Shown one piece after another: positions 9,076 to 17,160 of a stretch of 32,000 bases of DNA. The notes below the pieces were generated by a model, which saw only the letters and a list, made by a program, of their open reading frames with translations, was not told the DNA's origin and searched no databases. This DNA is from a bacterium (GTDB taxonomy: Bacteria; UBP7; UBA6624; JBBIMK01): contig JBBIMK010000003.1 in assembly GCA_037444445.1 (NCBI GenBank), positions 65,211 through 97,210 of the forward strand. Reading direction: 5' to 3'. A program made the position numbers and the translations under genes. Numbering within the stretch: position 1 is the stretch's first letter; each line of letters opens with the position of its first letter.

Positions 9076-9540
9076 AGAAATATCCTCGGAAAAAGGATTG
9101 CTATTGGATGCGACCATAACGGCTACTGGCTGAAGGAGGAGTTGAAGCGAATGCTGGTGCAGAATGGCTATTCGGTGATGGATGAGGGCACTCACTCTGC
9201 AGAATCTGTGGACTACCCGGATTTTGGTGTGGTGGTGGCTCAGGCTGTTTCTCGGGGCGAGGCAGGTTGCGGGGTGCTCATCTGTGGAACTGGCATTGGA
9301 ATGTCTATGGTCGCCAATCGGGTGAAAGGGGTGCGCGCCGCTCGGTGTTTGGACCTGTATTCGGCTCGGATGGCGCGGCAGGACAATGATGCCAATGTGC
9401 TTTGCCTCGGTGGGCGCCTCCTGGCTCCTGCTCTTGCCTGGGAAATCCTCAAAGTTTTTCTGGAAACCCCTTTTGAGGGTGGACGCCACCTCCGAAGAAT
9501 CCAGAAAATCCATCGGTTAGACCCGCCGGAATCCCCATGA
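9072..9540 (+). CDS. rpiB: ribose-5-phosphate isomerase B (RpiB/LacAB family); the reading frame needs a 1-nt correction, or a non-canonical start, near 9082-9094
   Basis: KRIAIGCDHNGYWLKEELKRML...SVDYPDF...VLICGTGIGMSMVANRVKGVRAA...NVLCLGGR...FEGGRHLRRIQKI is a typical RpiB. The canonical-start ORF (TTG 9142) lacks the conserved N-terminal IAIGCDH segment, which is encoded at 9091-9126. See the finding for start options (GTG 9072 plus A5 run, or ATC 9082). Confidence 0.75.
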
Positions 9541-10235
9541 AATCCCTTGCTCATTCTTCCCGTGAACAGCCCCTTTCCACCTGGCTTCGTCTGCTGGATG
9601 AAGAAATTTCATCCATCGTGTCCCAGTTAAAAGCCGAGAAGGAAATAGACCGAAAGTTATTCTTGTATGAGAGATTATATGACCTGGTGGATGTGAGCCG
9701 ACGCTGCATTAAGGTTTTCCACGAGGTGGAGCGCGCCCCCTTGAAACGAACTCCATATGAGTTGTTATCCCTGATTGAGAAAGCCGTGGCTCAAGCGGAG
9801 AAAAATGAAGACAACACGAAGTTCTCTACAATTCAGAGGGTGCTCAAACAGCTCCTGCCGGATTTTGATACGAAGGATTACTTTCGTGTGAGCAAGTTCT
9901 CAGACCTGTTAAAGCTGGCGGAAAAAGAGGGTCTGGTAAAACTTCTGCCCCGGGTGGCTCCCGAGGAAGCCTATCTGGCTCCTACGCCGGTTCAAACTCA
10001 ACTGCTGGATATCCTTTCTCGGAAGATTTCGCAGGAAAAGAAAAAGGGAAATCTTGTTCTAAAAGTCAGCGAACTCCAGAGCCAATGCAATCGTATCTTC
10101 CACGGAAAGTTGACTGAACGCTTAAAGAAAAGTGGGTTCTCTTCCTTTGAGGAATTGCTCCAGCGCGCCCGGAAACTCGGTAGAATCACCCTCTTTAGTT
10201 TAGGGGATGAATTAGTGGTCTATGGCAGGGATTGA
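9537..10235 (+). CDS. protein with two OST-HTH/LOTUS-like domains
   Basis: Two segments fit the OST-HTH pattern: FSTIQRVLKQLLPDFDTKDYFRVSKFSDLLKLAEKEGLVKL and LKVSELQSQCNRIFHGKLTERLKKSGFSSFEELLQRARKLGRITL. The ATG overlaps the rpiB stop as ATGA. Domain call is by eye only. Confidence 0.5.
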   Translation: MKSLAHSSREQPLSTWLRLLDEEISSIVSQLKAEKEIDRKLFLYERLYDLVDVSRRCIKVFHEVERAPLKRTPYELLSLIEKAVAQAEKNEDNTKFSTIQRVLKQLLPDFDTKDYFRVSKFSDLLKLAEKEGLVKLLPRVAPEEAYLAPTPVQTQLLDILSRKISQEKKKGNLVLKVSELQSQCNRIFHGKLTERLKKSGFSSFEELLQRARKLGRITLFSLGDELVVYGRD

Positions 10236-10359
10236 ACTTTCGCGCTCTCCTGTTCTCCGGTGGAGCCTGGCTATCCTGACGGGTTTTGTATCTGGTGTTC
10301 TCTTCGGCCTGATTGCAGTGGCACTGACCCTGCTCTTTACCTATGTCATTGTCCATTGA
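10222..10359 (+). CDS. possible 45-aa single-pass membrane micro-protein
   Basis: Below the ORF-track cutoff. ATG 10222 to TGA 10357-10359 encodes MAGIELSRSPVLRWSLAILTGFVSGVLFGLIAVALTLLFTYVIVH, with a hydrophobic run of about 30 residues. It fills the otherwise unexplained 170-nt gap before selD. The RBS is weak. Confidence 0.35.
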   Translation: MAGIELSRSPVLRWSLAILTGFVSGVLFGLIAVALTLLFTYVIVH

Positions 10360-10404
10360 ACTTTCCATTTTTGGCGAATTCAAATCCTGTAGAGGGAGAT
10401 ACGC

Positions 10405-11442
10405 ATGAAAATTCAGTTAACGAAGTATTCCCGCTTTTGCGGGTGTGGAGCGAAGATGCCACCGGGCACCCTGGACTCCCTCCTTTCTATGGTTCCTTTC
10501 ACACGCGAAAGCAGTGTGGTGGTAGGCATTGAATCCCGTGATGATGCAGGCGTGTATAAAATCAGCAAAACCCACGGGTGGGTTTTCACAGCCGATGTCA
10601 TTACACCGGTAGATAACCGGGCAGAGTATTTCGGCGCCATCGCAGCCGCCAACGCTCTCTCCGATATTTACGCCATGGGGGGAACACCTATTATGGCGTT
10701 GAATATCCTCGGATTCCCTCTGGGTGAGTTGCCTGAATCTATTGCCAGCCGGATTCTGGATGGAGGTAGAAAGGTGCTTCAGAATGCTCATTGTGCCATC
10801 CTCGGTGGCCACACCCTGAATGATAAGGAATTAAAATATGGGCTGGCAGTGATGGGAAGAGTGAAACTTCCGGAGATGATGAGGAATTCTCTGGCTAAAC
10901 CGGGCGATGTGCTTCTTCTCACCAAGCCTATTGGAAGTGGGATTCTGGTGAAAGCCTTGAAAGATGAAAAAATTGAGGAATCCCTTTTTCATCCCTGCCG
11001 GCGATGGATGATGGAGCTAAATCAGGAAGCCTCTCGCCTGGCGGTAGAAACAGGAATCCGTGCTGCCACCGATGTGACAGGTTTTGGCTTGCTGGGGCAT
11101 CTCTACCTGATGGCCCGTGCCTCACGGGTGGATATGTATATTGAATCCTCACAGGTCCCGGTTCTGGATGGAGTCTGGGCCTTCGTTGAAAAAGGGTGGA
11201 TTCCAAGTGCCAACAACAAGAATCTGGAGTTTGTTCGTCCTCATCTGGTGGCAGGGAAAAATATTCCTCCGGAAATGCTATATCTTTTGTGCGACGCACA
11301 AACCTCCGGAGGCTTGTTGTTTTCTGTCCCATCGGTAATGCAACGGCTCGCCAGATTGAAAAAAAAGTTTGTGGAAAATCATGTTTTCTTTCGTGAAATT
11401 GGATGGGTAGGAAAAGGGTGCGGAAAAATTCATGTTCTCTAA
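10405..11442 (+). CDS. selD: selenide, water dikinase (selenophosphate synthetase), Cys-type
   Basis: N-terminal LTKYSRFCGCGAK aligns with E. coli LTQYSHGAGCGCK, so the catalytic Cys and Lys are conserved and Cys stands where some species have Sec. Also DDAGVY, AAANALSDIYAMGG, DVTGFGLLGH and DAQTSGGLL. GAGGGAGA RBS upstream of the ATG. Confidence 0.9.
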   Translation: MKIQLTKYSRFCGCGAKMPPGTLDSLLSMVPFTRESSVVVGIESRDDAGVYKISKTHGWVFTADVITPVDNRAEYFGAIAAANALSDIYAMGGTPIMALNILGFPLGELPESIASRILDGGRKVLQNAHCAILGGHTLNDKELKYGLAVMGRVKLPEMMRNSLAKPGDVLLLTKPIGSGILVKALKDEKIEESLFHPCRRWMMELNQEASRLAVETGIRAATDVTGFGLLGHLYLMARASRVDMYIESSQVPVLDGVWAFVEKGWIPSANNKNLEFVRPHLVAGKNIPPEMLYLLCDAQTSGGLLFSVPSVMQRLARLKKKFVENHVFFREIGWVGKGCGKIHVL

Positions 11443-11513
11443 TTTTCCCTGCCTCTGATTTCGGAGAGAGAAATTCGGCTGGCGGTGTGCCCTGCCATTT
11501 GCCCTACAGGGGT

Positions 11514-11522
11514 TGATATAAT
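11514..11522 (+). promoter_or_regulatory. extended -10 promoter element (TGaTATAAT) upstream of the redoxin gene
   Basis: Exact TGnTATAAT at 11514-11522, 17 nt upstream of ATG 11540, with AAGGG as RBS in between. Confidence 0.45.
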
Positions 11523-11539
11523 TTAAAGGGTAACGAATT

Positions 11540-12085
11540 ATGGTCAAACAGCGGAGAATGATTTTTCTCGTTGTGTTCGTGATACTCATCTATGCGAGTC
11601 ACCTGGAGCAACTGCCCAGGTTTTCCTCCAAAGATATGGAGGGGAAAGCCATTACGATGGAGGACTTATTGAAAACTCCACGAGTTTATGTTCTGGATTT
11701 CTGGGCTCTATGGTGTCGGGATTGCCTTCAGTTTATGCCCCATCTCCAGGACTTGAAAAAGAAATATAAAGAATCTTTATTGATTGTCTCTGTGAATAAT
11801 GACACCACCCAGAAAGCCTCCGAAGTGCGTTCTTACATAAAAGGGAAGAAATATGATTTCCTCGTCATTATGGATTCGGATTTCAAGGTGAAGAATCTGT
11901 TAAAAATCCAATTCTATCCTACCTTGCTGGTGGTGAACCATACGGGGAAGATTGTTTATCGGCATTTTGGTGCTACGAAGAAAGCAGTTCTGGAAAAGGA
12001 AATTGAAGAGTTAATCCAGAAACTCCCACCCAGAGCGAAGGAAGTCAGCCCGGAAAAGAGGCAGAAAAAAGATGATGCGGAATAA
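11540..12085 (+). CDS. TlpA-like thiol:disulfide oxidoreductase (thioredoxin fold, membrane-anchored or exported)
   Basis: N-terminal hydrophobic anchor MIFLVVFVILIY and CxxC active site in VLDFWALWCRDCLQF. Confidence 0.8.
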   Translation: MVKQRRMIFLVVFVILIYASHLEQLPRFSSKDMEGKAITMEDLLKTPRVYVLDFWALWCRDCLQFMPHLQDLKKKYKESLLIVSVNNDTTQKASEVRSYIKGKKYDFLVIMDSDFKVKNLLKIQFYPTLLVVNHTGKIVYRHFGATKKAVLEKEIEELIQKLPPRAKEVSPEKRQKKDDAE

Positions 12086-13430
12086 GTGGGTCGCTATTTT
12101 GATTTCCTGTGTAATGGTCGGAAGAAATTCCCTGAAGGCGGCGCCCCCTCAGTTCAGTGGTAGCCTTTATCTCAAGGGGTCAGGAAATCAACTTTCTTTG
12201 ACCCGGAAAGCGGAGGAAGAACTGATCCTCATTTTCACGAAAAACTCCCTTCAGGGTGGGATTCGCCTGGATAATTATCATCCATTCCCGAACCGAACTC
12301 GTGTGATGAAATGGCGAGAAGGTTATCTGGGATACTTGAAAGGAAATTGGGAAATTCGGGCGGGAGATTTCACTGAGACTTTTGGCCACGGTATCCTTCT
12401 CTCTTCCTACCGGTTTAAGGAATTGGATGTGGACACCCTGCTCCGGGGCGTGCGTGGAAAGTTTACACAGGGGCGGGGAGTGTTCACCGCATTCTCAGCG
12501 GAAGGAAGAGAAAAACGCAAGAACCATTGCCTCACCGGTGCTCACTTGTCTTATGAATTTTCCCCAAAATTGCGCGGGGGAATGAGTGCCATTTCTGCGA
12601 AAATTCCAACTCCAGTGGAGGAAGGAAAGCAGTCCCTCTGGGGGGCCGATGCTCAATATTCCTCTCCCAGTTGGGATGCCTCTTTAGAATACACTTCATT
12701 GGTGAAAAAGGGGTTAACCCCTAAAAAGGGGCACTCTCTCTATGCCGATTTCAATTGGTATGCCCTGCGCCCCTTCACCGTATCTTTCGCATGGAAAAAT
12801 TACCGAAATATCAATTACCCTTATGCTCTGGGTCCCACACTGAAATCCAATTTTGAAACCGCTAACTACGATGATGAGATGGGATTTCAGGCGACGGTGC
12901 TGTATGCCCCATCCCCCTCTCTGGAAGTGAAGATGAGCCATAATGAATCAAATAATTCTACTGATACTTTTCCCTTCCGTGAGAATGAATTTACCGTGCG
13001 GATATTTCCCGAGGGCAAAACGCGGGAGGTATATGGATGGTTTCGCGACAAGTATGACCCTGGAGATACTGAAGTGGATTTTGAACTGGATGTAACCCAT
13101 GACCTTACAGCCTCTACCAGCCTCGTTTTTCAATGGTATAGCGAGGACCATACGCCTTCTTTTCAGCGGTATAAAGTCCGAGCGGGGGCTGTCGGTTTTT
13201 TTCTGGATAACAACCGCTACTATGTAGGATACACGGCCCAGAAAACAACCCGCGCCTCGGAACCCCAGCGGGACTGGGGTTTTCTGGAGTGCCATTACAA
13301 TCCCACTAACGCTATGAAAATTCAGTTGTTCTGGGGGTCAGACCGAGGAGGCAGGCAGTGCACCTCGGGCATTTGTGTCATCCGCCCACCTATGGAAGGC
13401 TCCCGCCTGGAAATCACCTCCTTTTTCTAA
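12072..13430 (+). CDS. putative outer-membrane beta-barrel protein
   Basis: Signal-peptide-like N-terminus (MMRNKWVAILISCVMVGRNSLKAAPP). Long run of alternating, aromatic-capped strand-like segments. C-terminus RLEITSFF ends in Phe, as in BAM substrates. Overlaps the redoxin gene by 14 nt. Confidence 0.6.
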   Translation: MMRNKWVAILISCVMVGRNSLKAAPPQFSGSLYLKGSGNQLSLTRKAEEELILIFTKNSLQGGIRLDNYHPFPNRTRVMKWREGYLGYLKGNWEIRAGDFTETFGHGILLSSYRFKELDVDTLLRGVRGKFTQGRGVFTAFSAEGREKRKNHCLTGAHLSYEFSPKLRGGMSAISAKIPTPVEEGKQSLWGADAQYSSPSWDASLEYTSLVKKGLTPKKGHSLYADFNWYALRPFTVSFAWKNYRNINYPYALGPTLKSNFETANYDDEMGFQATVLYAPSPSLEVKMSHNESNNSTDTFPFRENEFTVRIFPEGKTREVYGWFRDKYDPGDTEVDFELDVTHDLTASTSLVFQWYSEDHTPSFQRYKVRAGAVGFFLDNNRYYVGYTAQKTTRASEPQRDWGFLECHYNPTNAMKIQLFWGSDRGGRQCTSGICVIRPPMEGSRLEITSFF

Positions 13431-13483
13431 CTCTTCCTCCCCTTTTCACTTGCTCTCGCACTTCCTTCCAGGATATGCGAAAC

Positions 13484-13514
13484 TTGACCGGGTATGGCCA
13501 ATTCATGGTAAAAT
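13484..13514 (+). promoter_or_regulatory. candidate sigma70-type promoter (TTGACC-19-TGgTAAAAT) for the peroxiredoxin gene
   Basis: -35 TTGACC at 13484-13489, and extended -10 TGgTAAAAT at 13506-13514. The 19-nt spacer is slightly long. Confidence 0.4.
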
Positions 13515-13537
13515 AAAAAAGCGGAGAGGTGAGTGTT

Positions 13538-14110
13538 ATGATGCATCAGAGAGAAACCTTCACAATTTTATGGGTTCTGGTAATTTCGGCAGGAATGGCT
13601 GGTGGAGTCCTCAAGGATAAGAGCACCGGTAAGGGCTTACGGGTAGGGGATACAGCCCCTGATTTTTCTCTCCCTTATGCTACGAAAGAAAAGATTGAAC
13701 TCTTTCAGCCCTGGAAACTCTCGGAACATCTGGGGCAAAAAGCCATTGTTCTGGCTTTCTATCCCGCGGATTGGAGCCCCGGATGCACGAAAGAGGTGTG
13801 CACCTTCCGGGATAATTTCTCTGCTCTGGTGGAACTGGATGCTTATGTGGTGGGGATTAGCGGGGATTATGTTTTTTCTCACCACGAGTGGGCGAAAAAT
13901 CAATCTCTCCCCTTCCCTTTATTATCAGACCACGACCACAAAGTTGCTCGCCTTTACCAGAGTTATGATGAGAAAATGGGCTATAACAAACGAACTGTGT
14001 TCATTGTGGATAAAAAGGGCAAGATCCGTTATATGAACCTCGCATACTCCGTGGCGGATGACAGGGATTTTGAAACCTTGAAAGATGCGTTAAAAAAATT
14101 AACTTCCTGA
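13538..14110 (+). CDS. peroxiredoxin (AhpC/TSA-Bcp-like) with N-terminal signal/anchor
   Basis: VLAFYPADWSPGCTKEVCTF contains the peroxidatic Cys context (PxxxS/TxxC). Hydrophobic N-terminus TFTILWVLVISAGMAGG. I prefer ATG 13538 (GGAGAGG 8 nt upstream) over the GTG at 13529 given in the ORF track. Confidence 0.8.
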   Translation: MMHQRETFTILWVLVISAGMAGGVLKDKSTGKGLRVGDTAPDFSLPYATKEKIELFQPWKLSEHLGQKAIVLAFYPADWSPGCTKEVCTFRDNFSALVELDAYVVGISGDYVFSHHEWAKNQSLPFPLLSDHDHKVARLYQSYDEKMGYNKRTVFIVDKKGKIRYMNLAYSVADDRDFETLKDALKKLTS

Positions 14111-14147
14111 AATTTTTCGGATTCCCTTCTGTTATAATCGGGGTAGA

Positions 14148-15032
14148 ATGCTGGATGTGACTGAGGATATTTATCCGGAAGGGAAAGATATTGACTTAAA
14201 AAGCCCCAGAGAAATCTTGCAAATACTTTTTGAGGCTGACCGCACTGTGGATGAAGCGATAGCCCGCGCATTACCGGAGATTGAGAAGGCAGCCACAGAA
14301 TTTGCGGATACATACCGTAGGGGAGGACGCGTGATGTATGTCGGGTCTGGAACCTCTGGCAGGCTGGCTGTAGCGGATGCCGCTGAACTGGAGCCCACCT
14401 TTTCAGTGGAACCCGGGCGGGTCTTCGCCATGATTGCAGGCGGATATGAAGCCCTGGTTCATCCACAGGAAGGAGCGGAAGACGATGCGGAAGCGGGTGC
14501 TGCGCTTTTAGACCTCCTTTCTCTTACGCCTGCAGACCTGGTTCTGGGTATCACTTCTTCTGGCAGAACTCCCTTCGTAGTCGCTTGTTTGCAGGAAGCT
14601 TTCGGGCGACATATAGGTACCGTTGGCATTTTTAATAACCCAGAGGCACCCATTCGCCAGTTCTGTCGGATTCCTGTATTTTTGGATACAGGTCCAGAAG
14701 TTATTGCTGGTTCAACTCGCATGAAAGCGGGGGTGGCACAAAAACGAGTTCTGCATATGATTTCTACCACTGCGATGATTCTATGCGGGAAGGTGTTCAG
14801 CCACTGGATGGTGGAAGTGAAAGCGGGGAGTGAAAAACTTCGCCGCCGCGCACGACTCATCCTTAAACATTTTTCCTCTCGCTCAGAAGCAGAACTCTCC
14901 TCCCTGTTAGAACAGGTTCACTATGAAGTGAAAACAGCTATCCTGATGGAGCAGAAAGGAATCTCTGCCGGGGAAGCGAGACAACGCCTTCGCCTGTGCG
15001 GTGGAAGTCTTCGGCATGCCCTCAGAATATAA
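14148..15032 (+). CDS. murQ: N-acetylmuramic acid 6-phosphate etherase (SIS domain)
   Basis: GRVMYVGSGTSGRLAVADAAELEPTF, SSGRTPFV and IAGSTRMKAGVAQKRVLHMIST match the MurQ family. Adjacent to anmK. Confidence 0.85.
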   Translation: MLDVTEDIYPEGKDIDLKSPREILQILFEADRTVDEAIARALPEIEKAATEFADTYRRGGRVMYVGSGTSGRLAVADAAELEPTFSVEPGRVFAMIAGGYEALVHPQEGAEDDAEAGAALLDLLSLTPADLVLGITSSGRTPFVVACLQEAFGRHIGTVGIFNNPEAPIRQFCRIPVFLDTGPEVIAGSTRMKAGVAQKRVLHMISTTAMILCGKVFSHWMVEVKAGSEKLRRRARLILKHFSSRSEAELSSLLEQVHYEVKTAILMEQKGISAGEARQRLRLCGGSLRHALRI

Positions 15033-16218
15033 TTCTTGTCTTTTTCTTGGAATGCAATCCGGAACCTCCATGGATGGTGTGGATGTGGCTCTGGTGCGTA
15101 TTCAGGATGGCAATACACCGGGCATTCAACTCCTTCGCTTCCAGGTCTATCCCTACCTGGATGTCCTCCGAGATGAATTGTGGAAAGCCGTTTCCAGTGT
15201 GAAAACGCCTCAGGATGTCCCGACCGGTCTTCACGATACGCTGGGGGAATTTTTCAGTCAGTGTGCCTTTCGTTTTCTGCAGGATGTAAAGGAAGAAGTG
15301 AAAGCCATAGGTTCTCACGGACAAACGGTGTTGCACCGACCCAAAAAAGGCTATTCCATTCAATTGGGGAATCCCCAAATCATTTCCACGCTCACGGGCT
15401 TACCGGTAGTAGCAAATTTCCGTGAGGCGGATATTCAGGCTGGCGGGGAGGGGGCCCCTTTAACTCCGCTATTGGATTTTTATCTCTTTTCTCACCCGGA
15501 GAAGGGCAGAGTCCTCGTCAATCTGGGGGGTATCTGTAATCTCACCTATCTACCCCCCGGAGGCACGAAGGAAGATGTGCTCGGATTTGATGCAGGACCG
15601 GCGAACACTTTGCTTGACCGGGTTATCCGAGAATCCTCAAAATCCGTTGGAGAGCCCTCCACGCGGGCAGGCACGAAAGTTTATGACTTAAATGGACGAT
15701 GGGCTCAGCAGGGCAGGGTGGATGAACAATTTGTGATGGAAAGTCTCCAGCATCCTTATTTTCTCCAGCCTCCTCCCAAAAGTGCTGACATCCGTGATTT
15801 TGATGAGGTATATGCTGAACTTCTGCAAAGAAAAAAGGCTCAAAAGTTGTCAGATTTCTATGATTTGTGTGCCACCCTTACAGAATTCGTTGCTCGGGCA
15901 TTGGAGAAGGAAATCGTTCAGTTTATCCCGGGCCCCGTTGATGAAATCTACCTGACGGGTGGAGGAGCATTCAACCCCGTCCTCGTTCATCGGATTCAAT
16001 CCACATTTCAAAAGAAAGGAATCACCGCGATGGTAGGGCTTCCAGACATTCATACGGGTTCAACCCGCTCTTTTCATCATAAAGCGAAAGAAGCGGTTCT
16101 GTTTGCCCTTCTTGCTCATCATCGCATCCATCGTATTCCGGCGAATCTACCGCGAGTAACGGGAGCATCCCACGAAGTGCTTCTCGGGAATATCTACGAG
16201 CCGGTTCCCGTGGCTTAA
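15016..16218 (+). CDS. anmK: anhydro-N-acetylmuramic acid kinase
   Basis: N-terminal FLGMQSGTSMDGVDVALV (family motif G-x-MSGTS-x-DG-x-D). About 400 aa, directly after murQ. ATG 15016 is preferred; the ORF is open from GTG 15001. Confidence 0.85.
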   Translation: MPSEYNSCLFLGMQSGTSMDGVDVALVRIQDGNTPGIQLLRFQVYPYLDVLRDELWKAVSSVKTPQDVPTGLHDTLGEFFSQCAFRFLQDVKEEVKAIGSHGQTVLHRPKKGYSIQLGNPQIISTLTGLPVVANFREADIQAGGEGAPLTPLLDFYLFSHPEKGRVLVNLGGICNLTYLPPGGTKEDVLGFDAGPANTLLDRVIRESSKSVGEPSTRAGTKVYDLNGRWAQQGRVDEQFVMESLQHPYFLQPPPKSADIRDFDEVYAELLQRKKAQKLSDFYDLCATLTEFVARALEKEIVQFIPGPVDEIYLTGGGAFNPVLVHRIQSTFQKKGITAMVGLPDIHTGSTRSFHHKAKEAVLFALLAHHRIHRIPANLPRVTGASHEVLLGNIYEPVPVA

Positions 16219-16222
16219 AAAA

Positions 16223-16999
16223 TTAGGAGCGGTAGGAGTAATTGTGTGAGGCGGGTGAGCCTGCGGAAGTCGGGTGTGTGGCAGGAGGCTGGAAGTAGTC
16301 CGATAAAGTGATGAACTCATATCCTTGACGTTTCAGATGAGTGAGGATAATGGGAAGAGCGTGGAGGGTGGCTTCTCGGTCTCCCCCTTCATACTTCATC
16401 AAATTTCCGCCATCGTGAAAAAGAAGAATGCAACCATTGGAAACCTTCCGAACGATACGCCGGGCAATGCGATGAGGCGTTACCTCTGGCATCCAGTCCT
16501 CACTGCTGAGAGTCCACAGGACTGTTTCCATGCAGAGGTGTTTGGCAACTTTTATGGCAGTGTCTGAATACATGCCCCTGGGAGGGCGGAAATAACGCGG
16601 AGCTACCCCGGTTGCCACTGTAATAATTCTTTGTGCCTTGCGGAGTTCCCGCTCTACGGTGTAATAACTCCCGGGAGTAAGATTCCGATGGCTGTAAGTG
16701 TGATTCCCGATTTCATGCCCTTCACGGACTATTCGCTGGGCAATTTCAGGATACCGAGCCACTGCCTTCCCCACGAGGAAGAAAACTGCTTTGACGCCGT
16801 GGGCTCTGAGAATATCCAGAATATAAGGAGTATACCGAGGGTCAGGCCCATCATCAAAGGTGAGCACCACCTTTTTGGGTTTTCCATTCAGACGCCGTAG
16901 AATGTTTGGCTGCCTGCCAAATCCGTGATACACATAGTAGTTCAACCCTACCAGAAGAATCACGCTCGCCAGCGTGACCTGAACCAGCATGCCATCCAT
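16223..16999 (-). CDS. polysaccharide deacetylase (NodB homology domain), membrane-anchored
   Basis: VVLTFDDGPDPRYTPYILDIL (TFDDG) and HEIGNHTYSH metal-binding motifs. N-terminal TM segment. GGAGG RBS upstream of the ATG at 16999. Confidence 0.85.
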   Translation of the reverse strand: MDGMLVQVTLASVILLVGLNYYVYHGFGRQPNILRRLNGKPKKVVLTFDDGPDPRYTPYILDILRAHGVKAVFFLVGKAVARYPEIAQRIVREGHEIGNHTYSHRNLTPGSYYTVERELRKAQRIITVATGVAPRYFRPPRGMYSDTAIKVAKHLCMETVLWTLSSEDWMPEVTPHRIARRIVRKVSNGCILLFHDGGNLMKYEGGDREATLHALPIILTHLKRQGYEFITLSDYFQPPATHPTSAGSPASHNYSYRS

Positions 17000-17048
17000 A
17001 CTGCCTCAGCCTCCAGAAGAAGACTGAATTGCCATCGCCGAGTATAGT

Positions 17049-17077
17049 ATTGTAACCCATGCCGGGTTGAAATGCAA
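17049..17077 (-). promoter_or_regulatory. candidate sigma70 promoter TTGCAT-17-TACAAT for the deacetylase gene
   Basis: On the minus strand: TTGCAT (17077-17072), a 17-nt spacer, then TACAAT (17054-17049), about 50 nt upstream of the ATG at 16999. Confidence 0.45.
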
Positions 17078-17160
17078 TACTCTTTTGAATTGCTGTCAAA
17101 TGAAACCGCTTCGGCAGTCCCAAAATGCTGGGATTCTTCGTGCTAAAGAAAAATTGAGAA

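Noticed and set aside
9073-9098. The in-frame TGA between the hypothetical ORF and rpiB as a selenocysteine codon. selD is nearby, and a 5-bp hairpin ATCCT-CGGAAAA-AGGAT lies 6 nt downstream.
   Set aside because: The hairpin is far shorter and weaker than a bacterial SECIS element. Neither flanking protein belongs to a known selenoprotein family. The GTGA overlap plus A5 run gives a simpler explanation.
10260-10532. 90-aa plus-strand ORF overlapping the selD start.
   Set aside because: It overlaps the conserved selD N-terminus in another frame and has no RBS or motif. The short TM ORF at 10222-10359 explains the upstream gap better.
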